This document shows, piece after piece, positions 8,288 through 19,112 of a stretch of DNA of 64,000 nucleotides; position 1 is the stretch's first letter; each line of letters begins with the position of its first letter. The stretch is taken from contig JBBCKI010000024.1 in assembly GCA_037190965.1 (NCBI GenBank), positions 1 to 64,000 on the forward strand, in the 5' to 3' direction. This stretch comes from Chthoniobacteraceae bacterium. Lineage in GTDB: Bacteria > Verrucomicrobiota > Verrucomicrobiia > Chthoniobacterales > Chthoniobacteraceae. Position numbers and translations under genes: made by a program. The notes below the pieces were generated by a model, which was not told where the DNA came from, did not search any database, and saw nothing but the letters and a program-made list of their open reading frames with translations.

Positions 8288-10897
8288 TTAGCGAGAGTTC
8301 TGCTCGACAACTTCAGCCGGCACGAGAAGCTGCGCTCCCGATGGCGCCATGAAGGGGGGGACCGTCATCAAGCGCAGTGCGCCGTTCCTTGCTTGGAAGA
8401 ACCAGCACTTACCGGTGTCCGCCGGGTTGACCGGAACATTGATGTAACCAGGTTCCCCGGTAAGTTCGAATACCTTTGTGCCCTCGGGATCCATAACTGT
8501 CCCTCTCCCTGTGGCGAAAGCGCCGATGCTTTTGGTTCCTCTTGGCACGTAAAACACCAGCCGATCATGCAGGCCTACAATAGTTGGGGTGACATCGCTG
8601 GAAAACTCCAGAGTGAAGAATTGCTCCTTGGGCCAACGCACCAACGTCCCTGCCGCTTTATCGTCGAGCATCACGCGATACTCTCCTTTCTCCGCCACCT
8701 TTAATTGTATTGGCTCATCGGTAGTCCCCGGCGGAAGGGAGACTTCCGCGATGGGGGGCTCGAAAACAGGCGCATCCTCCCCGGCAGCCGCATCCGCTTC
8801 GTTCGGAGGGGCCACTTCTCCCGTCATGGAATGGAGCCGGAAGTTGGAATTACCCCGGTTTTTGTAGAAAAGACCAGCGCGCGCCTCAAAAGAGATCGGT
8901 TCCGCTGGTTCCCCGGCTCCGGTATAAATCGTAATGCGCCCCCGGAACTTCATCAGCACTGGCTTTCTTTCGTCGCCGCCCCCGATCTCGGGCAGGCGGC
9001 TGGCGGGAACCAAATTCCGGGAGAAATAAACAGGCTCGAAATCAAGGAGAGCAAAGTTCTCGATGCCCTCGTTGATCATTCCGTCGATAGCAAGCCGATC
9101 GAACGCTTCGGAGGATTTCCACGGGTTCTCCCCCTCCGGGCGCTTGTAGGCTGCCTCCTCCGGGATGCGGACATCCTTATGCCGGAGGATCATGTCCCGC
9201 CACAAGGCATAGGAATGCATCATTCCGGTATCCCTGATGCGATAGGCGAACTTTAGCATCTCTTCAAAGGCCGGTTGTCTTTCGCCTTTCTTGGCATGGG
9301 TGAAACGGTAGAGGTGGACAAGGTATTGAGTGTAAAGTGTCAGGCAATCCAGCCGCGCCAGTGCGCTTTCATCCTTCGTCATCTCCCGTGCCTCCTTCAA
9401 CACCCGGAACATCCGGCCGATGGTGTCAGGGTTCAGTGGAAATCGCTTTTGGCTGTCAGGGTGCAGGATATTGCGATAGAAACGCGTCATCGGCTCCTCC
9501 GCCTCCGGGAAGCAATTCTTCACGAACTCGGTGGCAATCTCCTCCTTGCGGGAAGCCTCACTGAGGTCCCAAAGCATGCGGGAGGCAAAATAGTAGCCAA
9601 GGCCGCAGGGCCCCCAATTGTCGCCCGACTCCGCGCTGTAAAACCGCGCGCCCTGGCGATGATAGTCAGGAATCGTTCTGGCCAGGGAATCCAGGCTGGC
9701 GGCTCTTGGCATGCCGGGCCGGTCCTGGCTCCATGAAAAGATGCTCAGATAGTCGCGTATCCCCAGATTTTGCGCCCCGGCCTTTTTCCACCCCTCGATG
9801 ATCTGATCCAGCCTGAGCCCTCCCGTGATGTAACTGGTCGCCACGCCCACAAACACATGGGGGTGAACGCGGAATTTTGCCGGAGGAGTCGCATGCTCAT
9901 TGTAGGCATAAATGCCGACGAACTTCCCCGGAAATTGCTCGTTCACCTTCTGCGCAACCTCGTTCGCAAGGTAGACAACCCGGTCGCTGGGTGTGCCGAT
10001 GGCCAGCTCCTCCGGGCTGTTGCCCCACCCCCCTCCGTCCGATGGGTCCATGGAAATAGAATAGGCCTTGGGATTGCGTTCAAAATAGTTAAGAGCATAG
10101 CGAACCGCGAGATTGCGCACCTCCGGGTTGCCGATGTTCAATTTACTCGTTCTCTTGCCGTTGAGTTCACTGAGGAGATGGTCATCCTCCTCGAACTCCG
10201 TTTTGAAAGCCCGCATAATGGCGCCGTACGCATGCCCCGTGTTCATGAGAAATCCCCCCTGACCACGGCTGCTGGTCCGGTTCTTGCGCACCCAACCTTC
10301 GAAATCATTTTCGCTCCAGCTCCCGTAGTTATACCAGATCCACCGGCCCGTGTAGTCAGGCTTCTCGAACGCGTCGATATCCGCGCTCAAACGTGGGTGT
10401 TGCGGTACAACCTCCCACGCCTTGGCCGGAAAATATTGGCGGTAGCCGAGGCGATGCAGAAAGTCCCAGACCGCGTGATCAGCCCCGAGGTCTGTCGCGC
10501 CGATCAACGCGACGCGCCCGGGCGAAGTTCGCAAAAGATAATCTTCCTCCCGGTAAGGGTCACTCATGACAAAAGCTTCGCCCGCGGCCACCCCAGGAAA
10601 CTCCCCCGCCGTCCCGACCACAATCCCGGACACTCCGTCGCCAACTTCGACCCGGAAAGCAGCCCCCGTCATCCTTCCCAGCGTTTGCGCCAGATCATCG
10701 GCGGCCTTGCGCGTCTTATCGGATGCCTCCGCAGAGATGACGACAGGAAGCTTGGCTACCGCGCCATCCGCCAGATCCACGGGGACACCCCAACCTGGCG
10801 CGCTGCCTGCAAGCCAGGCCGAAAGCAGGAGCGCGGCCTTGATGGGGCGGAATGAGTAACTCAATGGATTTTCAAAGGGGGCAGATGAACTCGACAT
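8288..10897 (-). CDS. Secreted DUF4838-domain (glycoside hydrolase-like) protein
   Basis: Signal peptide, GH20/GH67-like N-domain (EDYLLRT...LIGATDLGADHAVWDFL), SMDPSDGGGW, YAYNEH. Confidence 0.75.
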   Translation of the reverse strand: MSSSSAPFENPLSYSFRPIKAALLLSAWLAGSAPGWGVPVDLADGAVAKLPVVISAEASDKTRKAADDLAQTLGRMTGAAFRVEVGDGVSGIVVGTAGEFPGVAAGEAFVMSDPYREEDYLLRTSPGRVALIGATDLGADHAVWDFLHRLGYRQYFPAKAWEVVPQHPRLSADIDAFEKPDYTGRWIWYNYGSWSENDFEGWVRKNRTSSRGQGGFLMNTGHAYGAIMRAFKTEFEEDDHLLSELNGKRTSKLNIGNPEVRNLAVRYALNYFERNPKAYSISMDPSDGGGWGNSPEELAIGTPSDRVVYLANEVAQKVNEQFPGKFVGIYAYNEHATPPAKFRVHPHVFVGVATSYITGGLRLDQIIEGWKKAGAQNLGIRDYLSIFSWSQDRPGMPRAASLDSLARTIPDYHRQGARFYSAESGDNWGPCGLGYYFASRMLWDLSEASRKEEIATEFVKNCFPEAEEPMTRFYRNILHPDSQKRFPLNPDTIGRMFRVLKEAREMTKDESALARLDCLTLYTQYLVHLYRFTHAKKGERQPAFEEMLKFAYRIRDTGMMHSYALWRDMILRHKDVRIPEEAAYKRPEGENPWKSSEAFDRLAIDGMINEGIENFALLDFEPVYFSRNLVPASRLPEIGGGDERKPVLMKFRGRITIYTGAGEPAEPISFEARAGLFYKNRGNSNFRLHSMTGEVAPPNEADAAAGEDAPVFEPPIAEVSLPPGTTDEPIQLKVAEKGEYRVMLDDKAAGTLVRWPKEQFFTLEFSSDVTPTIVGLHDRLVFYVPRGTKSIGAFATGRGTVMDPEGTKVFELTGEPGYINVPVNPADTGKCWFFQARNGALRLMTVPPFMAPSGAQLLVPAEVVEQNSR

Positions 10898-10928
10898 AGA
10901 AATAAGAGGGGATGGCTGGATAGATACT

Positions 10929-13900
10929 TCAGGGAGCGAACTTTTTGGTTTCCACAATGCGGTAACGATAAAGAGGCTCCAGTGATTCCTTGTCGGGGTC
11001 CATCTCCGTAAGGCGACTGTCATTGGGATCGATGTATCGTTCGAAGGTGGCGGAGCCGCGATATTCACTGGTCACAACGTCCTTGTTCTCCACGAACTCA
11101 TCGTGAGGCGTTCCCTTGACCTTCTTCAAAGCCTGTGCCCGGATGTGAACGGTGTAAACGTTCGACTTGGTAGTGAGATGAGGATAGGTGGTCGCATAAG
11201 GCCGCTCCCGCAGGTTATCGCCCGTAAGTTGATAGCCGTCCCACCATGAGGCGATGTTCGCGACGGTGGGCGAACTGCTACCCCCCACGTTAGGGATCAG
11301 GAAAAGCGAACAGATCTCGGCGGCGCTCTTGAATAGATCGCCCTTCTCAGGTTTGCCATTTGGCGCGAAGCGATCCTTGAACTGCTTAAGCGTTTCCTCG
11401 ATATTGATCGCGAAGCGAATCCGGTCCGTTTTGCTTTGCGCGGCACTATCCTTGTAGTAAGGGGCGGCAGCGTTGGAAATCGCAGCCACTCTTTGCGAGC
11501 TGAGCACCGCATGCAGGCCGGTCTCCCTCGTGATATAAACGAAGGGAAGCAACTGGCTGTTGAGGTTGATGCGTCCCGCCGTGGAGAACGGTTCGCTAAT
11601 CGCATAGGGTTCGACTACGGGCGTATTAAAGAAGTCCAGCAAGAGATAATCGGAAGGGTTTTGAGCCCCGTAATGGGAGGCCCCCGCCGCCGGATTCGGG
11701 CAGAAAAGAAGAGTCCTCCATGGTCTGCCTTCATTCCACTTATCCGTCTCGTAGGCGGCATACGTTCTTTTGACTCCCGTGGGGAGCGAGCCGAACATTG
11801 CAGCGGAAGGCATCTGCCGAATGGGGGAGAAATAGCCGGAGGCGCGGTCCCATTCCGTGTCCTTGAAATAAGGACGGCCTGCCAGCCGGGGGTTAAGAAA
11901 GCCGTCGTCGGGCTTGTTGAGATACGCGCCGTCCGCATAGAAGGAGACGCCCGTATCCCAATCGCCCTCCCAACCTTCTGCGCGGAGATCCGTGATTCTT
12001 GGGTCAATCTTGGGCTCGTAAGATTTTGGAGTGGCTAGAGGATCTGCGAGATCTGCGTTGGAAAGGGTATCCCCTTTTCCATAGTCGACGTTGACAAATT
12101 TCCCAAAGGTCGATCCCCGGGCCGTGATATGGGTCTTTCTCCGGAGGGAATGGGCAAAGTGAAACCCTGCTTGACCAAAATCGCGATGAGGACGGAAGAA
12201 CCCCTTGGGCACTACGGGAAGATAGGCGGCGATTCGATAGTCCCCATCCCGCATCACCATGCTATGCACCACATCTTCAGGGTAAATGACATATCCGGAT
12301 GAAGGAGGGTTCTTTCTCCGCCATGCCCAGTCATAGGCATAAGCGTTGGCGGCACCTGCTGAAATCCAGGGAAGAGGCGTCGGAAGATTTGCTGCGGGCA
12401 GTTCGACATGAATCGTTTGGTACGGGGTCCCCCCGACACTCAGCTCCACGGAGACCTCCCCTTGCGAAAGGGCTACTGTGGAACTTGGAGCCGCGATGCC
12501 ATTGTTTGCCAGCCGGCAAAAGCTATAGTTGAATTTCAGTGGGTTGTCGGTGGAGACTTTAGGCAACAACCAGGAAAAGCCATCCGCCGAGCCGATCGAG
12601 CTTCCTGCCGCGCCATTGTTCATCGGTCCTCCCTCAAAGCCGGTGCCGGTGAAGGCCATCACCCCGGAAGATTGCCCGGGGAAGATATCAGCACCGTTGA
12701 TCTTCGCCGTAGAGGTGACCCTGAGGTTGAACTTCGTTGCGCTCCAAGGCATGAATCCGGCCATGGGGGTGAACGTTTCAAAGAAGAGCCCTGTTTGGAT
12801 GGTTCCGCTGACAACGGGCGTTGAGGGGGCGCTGGGCAGGGGGGGAGCGGACCGTTGAATCATGACGACGGCTACTTCCGATAGAGTTGGAATGCGGCCA
12901 GCTCCCCGGGTGCCGTAGTCGGGTATCGAAATCGGAACGACGAACCCTGCTCCGGGATATGTCTTGCTATTGAGGAAATTCGGAATTTCGGAGGCGACCG
13001 TCGGGGCGTTAATGTTTTGAGTATAGCTCTTGAAACTGGAGCCGATGTCCTTGCAGCTTTCGTTAAGATTCACACACCGGATGTAATCGAACATCTCCGT
13101 CAGGATCTGATCCCATTCTCCGCTGACTCCGCCTTCCTGAACATCGTACTTCTCCCTAAAATTACTCCCAAACCCGGGAATTGGGGAACCTGTCAAGTCG
13201 CGGAGGTAGGAGAATATTTTCTGATTTCGGGGGAACTTATCCCAGTCGTCCGTCTGGCTCAGCGGGTAGAGACGTTGAAAGAAATATTCTTTGCGTTTCA
13301 GATCATCCATCGCCCCAAGGGTCGAACAACGGGCGATCAATTGATCATAGACCGTCCGGTGGTCTTGGTCGTCCTGACCGGAGACTGGCCAAAGTGCGAC
13401 GCGCGGCTGCCCGAAAAGGTTAAGATCGGGGCTGCGGCTCTGGGCGGTAAGGAAGAACCGCCACCGATCCAACATCTCCTGGCTGGTTGCTCCCGAAGTG
13501 ACCGGCAAGGTATTCTTCTCTCGATCGCCGTCCTTGCGAAGGAGGCTGAACTGGAGTTCATCGACGGAAGCATAGAGCCGCTCGCGTTTCGCGTCGTTAC
13601 CGGCAATGGAAGTGCGCTTGTTGGATGACGACAAGGTTCCATTTTCTGAGCCGCCCCATTTGTAACGGGGGGTCAGGTCAAAAATCTGTTTCATTGTCGC
13701 ACCCTTTAGAATTTCCAGGAGATTCACGGATGCCGGATGGGCGCTGCTTCTTTGATATTCCCCTTCGGCGGGCGGGGCACCTCCATAATTATAGTCCTGC
13801 CGTACGAAGGTGGCCGGAACATCCCAGAAACTATCCTCATTTGCTGCGTAACCGGCGCTGGCTCCGGCATTGATAATCGCAGGGCTATACTTTGTCCCCG

Positions 13901-14594
13901 AAGCCGTATTGATATTCACCTTGCAACTCTCGTCATCGGTCCAAAACGCGATCCGACCGACCATCGGATTGTCGGCAGTCGCGGCGGATTGATCTCTGAT
14001 GGAGCCATCCTTGAGCACATAGAGCCAGCGCACAGGCATCGCGGCACGATCGTCCCAGTTGGTATCTGTCTGGTCGGCCAGGGTGCTGCTGAAGCCTTCA
14101 ACCTCGCCGATTGCCGCAGGATTCAGGATGGGATAGACCCACCGCCGGGCGTCGCCGGTTCCCATCCGAATGGCGACTGGTTCGTTAAGGTCGGTGAATT
14201 CACTGGGGCGGGCCGACCAATTGGCTGGGAGATCGTCTTTCTCCGATTCGGGATCGAGAAACTCCAGGCTGCCGGTCTGCATTTCTCTCGATGAATAGAG
14301 CTTGTAGAGCTTCTCCAGTTTACCCTCATTGTCCCAAACGCGGATTGCGCCGGGTTGGCTCGCCCAGGCGTTGACTCTCGGGCCATGAAGCGTCGCATCC
14401 CGGATCTGCCCCTGCACCAGGGTCACGGCCAGTTCGGAGAGCGCGGTTGATTCCACGAGGGCCGCATTCTGTCCCGACGAGACCGTCTCATTGCGTCCTC
14501 CCAGAAATAGGGAAATGGCGAGGGCCGATAGCATCACCAGGCAAAGGAGGACGATGACCAGTGCCACGCCCGAGCGTGATTGTGGGGTATTCAT
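10929..14594 (-). CDS. vccA: Verru_Chthon cassette protein A
   Basis: GVALVIVL N-terminus, WASQPGAIR, GRIAFWTDDESCKVNINTA, EPYAISEPFSTAGRIN, GDNLRERPY. Confidence 0.92.
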   Translation of the reverse strand: MNTPQSRSGVALVIVLLCLVMLSALAISLFLGGRNETVSSGQNAALVESTALSELAVTLVQGQIRDATLHGPRVNAWASQPGAIRVWDNEGKLEKLYKLYSSREMQTGSLEFLDPESEKDDLPANWSARPSEFTDLNEPVAIRMGTGDARRWVYPILNPAAIGEVEGFSSTLADQTDTNWDDRAAMPVRWLYVLKDGSIRDQSAATADNPMVGRIAFWTDDESCKVNINTASGTKYSPAIINAGASAGYAANEDSFWDVPATFVRQDYNYGGAPPAEGEYQRSSAHPASVNLLEILKGATMKQIFDLTPRYKWGGSENGTLSSSNKRTSIAGNDAKRERLYASVDELQFSLLRKDGDREKNTLPVTSGATSQEMLDRWRFFLTAQSRSPDLNLFGQPRVALWPVSGQDDQDHRTVYDQLIARCSTLGAMDDLKRKEYFFQRLYPLSQTDDWDKFPRNQKIFSYLRDLTGSPIPGFGSNFREKYDVQEGGVSGEWDQILTEMFDYIRCVNLNESCKDIGSSFKSYTQNINAPTVASEIPNFLNSKTYPGAGFVVPISIPDYGTRGAGRIPTLSEVAVVMIQRSAPPLPSAPSTPVVSGTIQTGLFFETFTPMAGFMPWSATKFNLRVTSTAKINGADIFPGQSSGVMAFTGTGFEGGPMNNGAAGSSIGSADGFSWLLPKVSTDNPLKFNYSFCRLANNGIAAPSSTVALSQGEVSVELSVGGTPYQTIHVELPAANLPTPLPWISAGAANAYAYDWAWRRKNPPSSGYVIYPEDVVHSMVMRDGDYRIAAYLPVVPKGFFRPHRDFGQAGFHFAHSLRRKTHITARGSTFGKFVNVDYGKGDTLSNADLADPLATPKSYEPKIDPRITDLRAEGWEGDWDTGVSFYADGAYLNKPDDGFLNPRLAGRPYFKDTEWDRASGYFSPIRQMPSAAMFGSLPTGVKRTYAAYETDKWNEGRPWRTLLFCPNPAAGASHYGAQNPSDYLLLDFFNTPVVEPYAISEPFSTAGRINLNSQLLPFVYITRETGLHAVLSSQRVAAISNAAAPYYKDSAAQSKTDRIRFAINIEETLKQFKDRFAPNGKPEKGDLFKSAAEICSLFLIPNVGGSSSPTVANIASWWDGYQLTGDNLRERPYATTYPHLTTKSNVYTVHIRAQALKKVKGTPHDEFVENKDVVTSEYRGSATFERYIDPNDSRLTEMDPDKESLEPLYRYRIVETKKFAP

Positions 14595-14599
14595 GGGGA

Positions 14600-15238
14600 T
14601 CAGGGGCGATAGGTGGTGACCCTTCCAGTGGAAGGATCAATCTGAATGGTGATATAGTCTTTCAGGTTCCCGGCGGGCTTTCCGAGGTCTGCCTCTTTGA
14701 CGAGCGTGACAAACCACGGCTCGCTCAACAGAAGGCTGCCGACCGGATCGAGCCCGCCCCACGGGCGGACGCTCAAAGAGACAAGCGAGTACGCCTCATC
14801 CGAGAGAGGTGCGTCATCCAACGGTGGGTGAGTCTCGAGGGGCACCTTGTCGAGAATGTTCGAGAGCCCGCCCGAGGGCTCCATGACAATGGCATCTGGC
14901 AGCCAGCTCTTCTTACTCAACCAAACGGTACTGCCATCCTTATTTCGCAAGCGGCTGCGGACCGCGCGGAAGGCAGCGGTGGCATTTTCGTTCCCGGGGC
15001 GAGCCTGTTTGATAAAGCAAATCTCCACCACCGCATTCTTCACCATGGCGGATTGACGCCAGAACTGGATCTCGCTGGTAATGAGCTCCTCGGCGTGCTT
15101 GAGGCGTCTTGCCGTGACGACATCGTTCGCCGCCGGAACCACCAGCGCCATGAGGACAACCATGACCGCGATAACGGTGAGCAGTTCCGGCAAGGTGAAT
15201 CCCCTCCTGAATCTGGAAGATTTGGATCTAGAAACCAT
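14600..15238 (-). CDS. vccD: Verru_Chthon cassette protein D (pilin-like)
   Basis: GFTLPELL prepilin motif; C-terminal YITIQIDPSTGRVTTYRP. Confidence 0.88.
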   Translation of the reverse strand: MVSRSKSSRFRRGFTLPELLTVIAVMVVLMALVVPAANDVVTARRLKHAEELITSEIQFWRQSAMVKNAVVEICFIKQARPGNENATAAFRAVRSRLRNKDGSTVWLSKKSWLPDAIVMEPSGGLSNILDKVPLETHPPLDDAPLSDEAYSLVSLSVRPWGGLDPVGSLLLSEPWFVTLVKEADLGKPAGNLKDYITIQIDPSTGRVTTYRP

Positions 15239-15662
15239 TATCCGGGAGATGAAAATGATCGCTGATGACAGCCTGGGTTACCTCGTTGGTAATCTCGATC
15301 TTCACGGTGGCGACGCTGGTCAGGCTGGCCCCGGGGAGCGCGGTGAGTTTTACAATCTTTGCGGCGACCTGATAGCGCGACGGGTAGGCGCTCTCGTCAA
15401 CGTCGACCCCCTCCTCGTCGAAGGCGTAAGCCTTCGTGGCGGGCAGGGTGGAGTAGGGGAGGTCCACCAGTCGGGCTCGCAATGTCTGGATGATGCGCGT
15501 CTTGATGCTGAGATCCATGGAGGCGCGGAACGAATCGAGCGCCACTGGCATTAACCCGAGAATGCCAATCACGCAGAAGGCGAAAATGCCAAGGGAGGCC
15601 GCCACTTCCACCAGGGTGAAAGCGCCAACGGAACGAGTTTTTTTCATGAATGAAAGTTTCAT
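15228..15662 (-). CDS. vccB: Verru_Chthon cassette protein B (pilin-like)
   Basis: AFTLVEVAASLGIFAFCVIGILGLMP, FDEEG. Confidence 0.88.
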   Translation of the reverse strand: MKLSFMKKTRSVGAFTLVEVAASLGIFAFCVIGILGLMPVALDSFRASMDLSIKTRIIQTLRARLVDLPYSTLPATKAYAFDEEGVDVDESAYPSRYQVAAKIVKLTALPGASLTSVATVKIEITNEVTQAVISDHFHLPDNGF

Positions 15663-15671
15663 GATTGGTCG

Positions 15672-16697
15672 TTAGTCACTGCTCCATTTTGCCCCCCGGA
15701 TCGGGATATCCATCGTGAAGACCCGGTAGTTGACCTTTGGGACCATGCCGTCGAGGTGATCCTTCCAGGCCTTGAGACTATCCTCGTATTCGGATTGATC
15801 ATCAAAAGGCACCGGCGGCGCTGTCTCTTGGTAGCGGCTTCCCAGCCTGTTGGCCGAATCCTCGTCGATGACGACCATCGTGACGCTGATGACCGGCGGC
15901 AATTGGTGGTGAGTGGCCGGGCTGACAGCGTTTCGCGAATCGTAGTCATAGTCCACATGATCGCCGGTGCCGGTGGTGTAGCGGGCGCGAAGGATCAGCC
16001 CGATGACGTTCTCCGCGATGGGGGCGGAGTATTTCGGAAGCTCATTGGTTGACCATGCGCTTCCACCGCCGGAGTCGTAAACCGCAAGTCGTTCGCCCGG
16101 TTGAAGAAAGCGATAGAGCCGGCTGCGGCTTTTTGTCTTCTGCTGGAGAAAGCCCGGAAGATTGGGCCGTGGGCCGTATTTGACGTAAAATCCCGTCGCG
16201 CAGAGCATGGCGGTCAGCGGCGTGTAATTCTCCACGCCCACGGCCTGCCCCCGCCTTTCGGTATACCCCATGGGAGCTTGAAAGAAGATCGCCTGGGTGG
16301 TGCATTCGGGGCTATTCAGAAGTGCCGCTGCGTCCGCCATCAAGAAGTGAAGTTCCGAGGCGCGAACGTACTTTTTGGTGGCGGTCCTGCTGTCGTAATC
16401 CCAATAGGTATTCAAAGTCGCCTGGCTGATCTGGCGAGTCAGGAATTCGAAACCGGCCCTTGCATCCTGGAATGATGTTAGCCTTGAGCGCGAGCCCATC
16501 CAGAGATTGTTGATCTGGTTGATCGCGGAAAGCGTAAACCCGACAATGACAATCAGAACCGTCATGGAGACAAGCAACTCCAGTAAGGAGAACGCGCACA
16601 CCGGCCTCGCTCTCACCTGCAAGCGCTTGACCCGCAATGAAGAGGTTTTGGTTTTCGTTGACACGCAAACGGGCGGGGTTGGCCTACACTGGCGCAT
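15672..16697 (-). CDS. vccC: Verru_Chthon cassette protein C (pilin-like)
   Basis: AFSLLELLVSM, QATLNTYWDYD, RASELHF, FFQAPMG, QLPP, KWS. Confidence 0.9.
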   Translation of the reverse strand: MRQCRPTPPVCVSTKTKTSSLRVKRLQVRARPVCAFSLLELLVSMTVLIVIVGFTLSAINQINNLWMGSRSRLTSFQDARAGFEFLTRQISQATLNTYWDYDSRTATKKYVRASELHFLMADAAALLNSPECTTQAIFFQAPMGYTERRGQAVGVENYTPLTAMLCATGFYVKYGPRPNLPGFLQQKTKSRSRLYRFLQPGERLAVYDSGGGSAWSTNELPKYSAPIAENVIGLILRARYTTGTGDHVDYDYDSRNAVSPATHHQLPPVISVTMVVIDEDSANRLGSRYQETAPPVPFDDQSEYEDSLKAWKDHLDGMVPKVNYRVFTMDIPIRGAKWSSD

Positions 16698-19029
16698 CGC
16701 CCCCGCTTCCGCAAAGGGACCGGCTTAAGTGGCAGGCATGCTGGATCACAGGTTTCGACAAACCGCGCGGGGCGATCTGGTTTTCCTGGTTAATATCGTA
16801 TAGACCGACGCTTTCGTAAAAGTTAAAGCCGTCAAATCCGGCATCGACGGCGTCGCGGACGATGCGGTCGAAGATCGCGGCGGCCTGCAGTTCGAGCCCA
16901 TTCGTCAGATTGCGGCTCACCAGATGCACCGCGACCCCATGCTTTTTCGCAAGGGGGAGGAGAAACTCCCGCACCCAGCGGCATTGCGAGGTGATGGCAC
17001 GTACGTAGAGCTCGTCGATTAACCTCTCCGAAAGCCACCCTTCATAGTCGAAGTGAATCTGCATCAGGTTGCCGATTTCGGCTGGCATCTCGCTCCCTGT
17101 CTCAACCTGGAAGATCACCTTGCAGTTGCGGGCATTGCAAAGCTCCCGGGTCTTGCGTAGCACCGCTGTGATTGCATCGCCGCGGATCTTGCGAATCTCG
17201 CGCAGGTCATCCTCGCTCCATTCCGGGGCGCGGCCATGCCTCTCCTCGAAGGCCTTGAGGACCACCGGGCTGTAGGCAAATTTGATCCAGGAAGTCGCGT
17301 TGTTGTGATGACAAAGGAGGCGGAGAGAGAGCCCGTCGATCCCCTTTTTGATCAGCGATTCGATCCGGTTAAGCCAGATTCGCTGAGAGACAGGGTGAAC
17401 CGGTTCGAGCGCCCCCGTGTGAGTTTCGGCATCATGGAAAGCAATCCCCAAAGGTAGCGAGGTCCACTTCCGCGAGGTCAGCACCCAATCCGCATGCGGT
17501 ACCCACCCCAACCAGTCAGGCGCGAACAGGAAACCGTCTCCTTCGAACCCCGGCCGCTGGGAAAGCTCGACCGGCGCGGAATCCCCGTTGGCATCAACCG
17601 CCTCAATGAAAAGATAGGGATAGTTTTCAAACTCAACGTCCTTTCGGGTCCATTCAATCTTGAGGAACGGGGATTCTACATTCAATCCGTCAATCCCCAG
17701 CATCCATTGCCTGAATGTCCCGCACTCGGGGCGTGCCCCGGCAGGGGTCCAACCGAGATTCTCGCGCTCCTGCTCCCGGACGTTGACTCGGCAGTCTTCC
17801 ATCGAGATCTGGCGATACCGGACGTTATCATCACTGACGAAGAGCGAGACCTGGCTCGCGGCAACTTCCGGAATCGGGTTCCGGGAGAACAGGCGCAATC
17901 GTTTGATCGGGAAGCAGAACTTCCTTTTCCACGCTGGATTGCTCTGCATGAAGGCCTCCTCATGCCCCACCATCTCCGGGATGCCTCCGAAATGACTACC
18001 ATCACAATTTTTCAACACCCCTGGAAGCGAAGGATCGCAAGAGAGAATGCTGCTGCCCAGATCGAACAGCTTGAAATCCGCGACAAACTCAAGGCCGTGG
18101 GCATGAGCGGCCTCTACCCCGCTTCGAGTCAGATCGGGACATGCCTTGAAGGTTTGCAGGTAATGTTCCCTCCAGCGCGGCCATGCAAAGAAAGCCGGCA
18201 TTTCTTCGTAGATGATCCAGTGCACCCGCCCCACGCCCCATGATCTCAAGGCGCGCATTTCCGCGTCCAAACCTTCCGGCGTATAGGGGTTGGGAATCAG
18301 CGTGTCAGGAACATCGTTCGTCATCGAAATGAGAAACTGATCAGGCCGCGCGAAGGCAGGAACCCGCGGCGGATCTACTGCAATTTCCTTGCGGCGGATG
18401 AGCCGCCCAAGGCTCTGGGCGTCCGGCGCGCCGTTTCCGGCGAGAAAATTCCACGCCGAGCTTTCCAAATGCGCTCCGTCGTAACGACAGAGATTGAATC
18501 CCACAACATCCCCGTGCTGAAATATCTCGTTCAGATCGAACCGCGCCCAGGCCCAATGGATCAGGTGCCCTCTTTCCAACTCCTCCCGTTGGCAGTCAAA
18601 TCCCCACTCCTTGATCTGCGGCAAACGCCACTGGGAAGATCGCGCTTCGGGATAGGGAGAAAAATCATACGTGCCCATGGTTCCACCCGGGGAGAGAATC
18701 CATTGGCAATACCCGAGGTCATCGCATCGGGGACCGAACAAGATCTCAATATGGCCATTATAGGCCTCTTGTGGCTTTCCACCCCAAGGAGCAACCTGCC
18801 GTTTGCACTCGATCAGCTTTGCGAGCACGACCAAATCGTGGCCGTCGGTCGCCACGAGAAACGAGGTTTCATTGCGCGGTGAGACCGGAGCGGCCACCAA
18901 GGTAAAGTCGGCTTCCACCGAATCGCCTCTCATCAACCGCTTGCGCAACATCGGCAGGTCGATTCTGTCGGTGATCTGCAAACGAGTGCTCCGCTGGGAC
19001 AGCGAAACCAATGAACCGTGATGAGACAT
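16684..19029 (-). CDS. Hypothetical protein, CBM9-like N-terminus plus glycoside-hydrolase-like TIM barrel
   Basis: 781-aa ORF with VGFNLCR (CBM9-like) and GIDGLSLR / GFDGFNFYE barrel-strand motifs. Confidence 0.5.
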   Translation of the reverse strand: MSHHGSLVSLSQRSTRLQITDRIDLPMLRKRLMRGDSVEADFTLVAAPVSPRNETSFLVATDGHDLVVLAKLIECKRQVAPWGGKPQEAYNGHIEILFGPRCDDLGYCQWILSPGGTMGTYDFSPYPEARSSQWRLPQIKEWGFDCQREELERGHLIHWAWARFDLNEIFQHGDVVGFNLCRYDGAHLESSAWNFLAGNGAPDAQSLGRLIRRKEIAVDPPRVPAFARPDQFLISMTNDVPDTLIPNPYTPEGLDAEMRALRSWGVGRVHWIIYEEMPAFFAWPRWREHYLQTFKACPDLTRSGVEAAHAHGLEFVADFKLFDLGSSILSCDPSLPGVLKNCDGSHFGGIPEMVGHEEAFMQSNPAWKRKFCFPIKRLRLFSRNPIPEVAASQVSLFVSDDNVRYRQISMEDCRVNVREQERENLGWTPAGARPECGTFRQWMLGIDGLNVESPFLKIEWTRKDVEFENYPYLFIEAVDANGDSAPVELSQRPGFEGDGFLFAPDWLGWVPHADWVLTSRKWTSLPLGIAFHDAETHTGALEPVHPVSQRIWLNRIESLIKKGIDGLSLRLLCHHNNATSWIKFAYSPVVLKAFEERHGRAPEWSEDDLREIRKIRGDAITAVLRKTRELCNARNCKVIFQVETGSEMPAEIGNLMQIHFDYEGWLSERLIDELYVRAITSQCRWVREFLLPLAKKHGVAVHLVSRNLTNGLELQAAAIFDRIVRDAVDAGFDGFNFYESVGLYDINQENQIAPRGLSKPVIQHACHLSRSLCGSGGDAPV

Positions 19030-19112
19030 GACGATGAGTCGAGGGCGTATAGGGCCGTTGCCTGTTCACAGGGGTGAACAGCCACGAAGATAGGACCAGA
19101 TGCCGAAAGAAT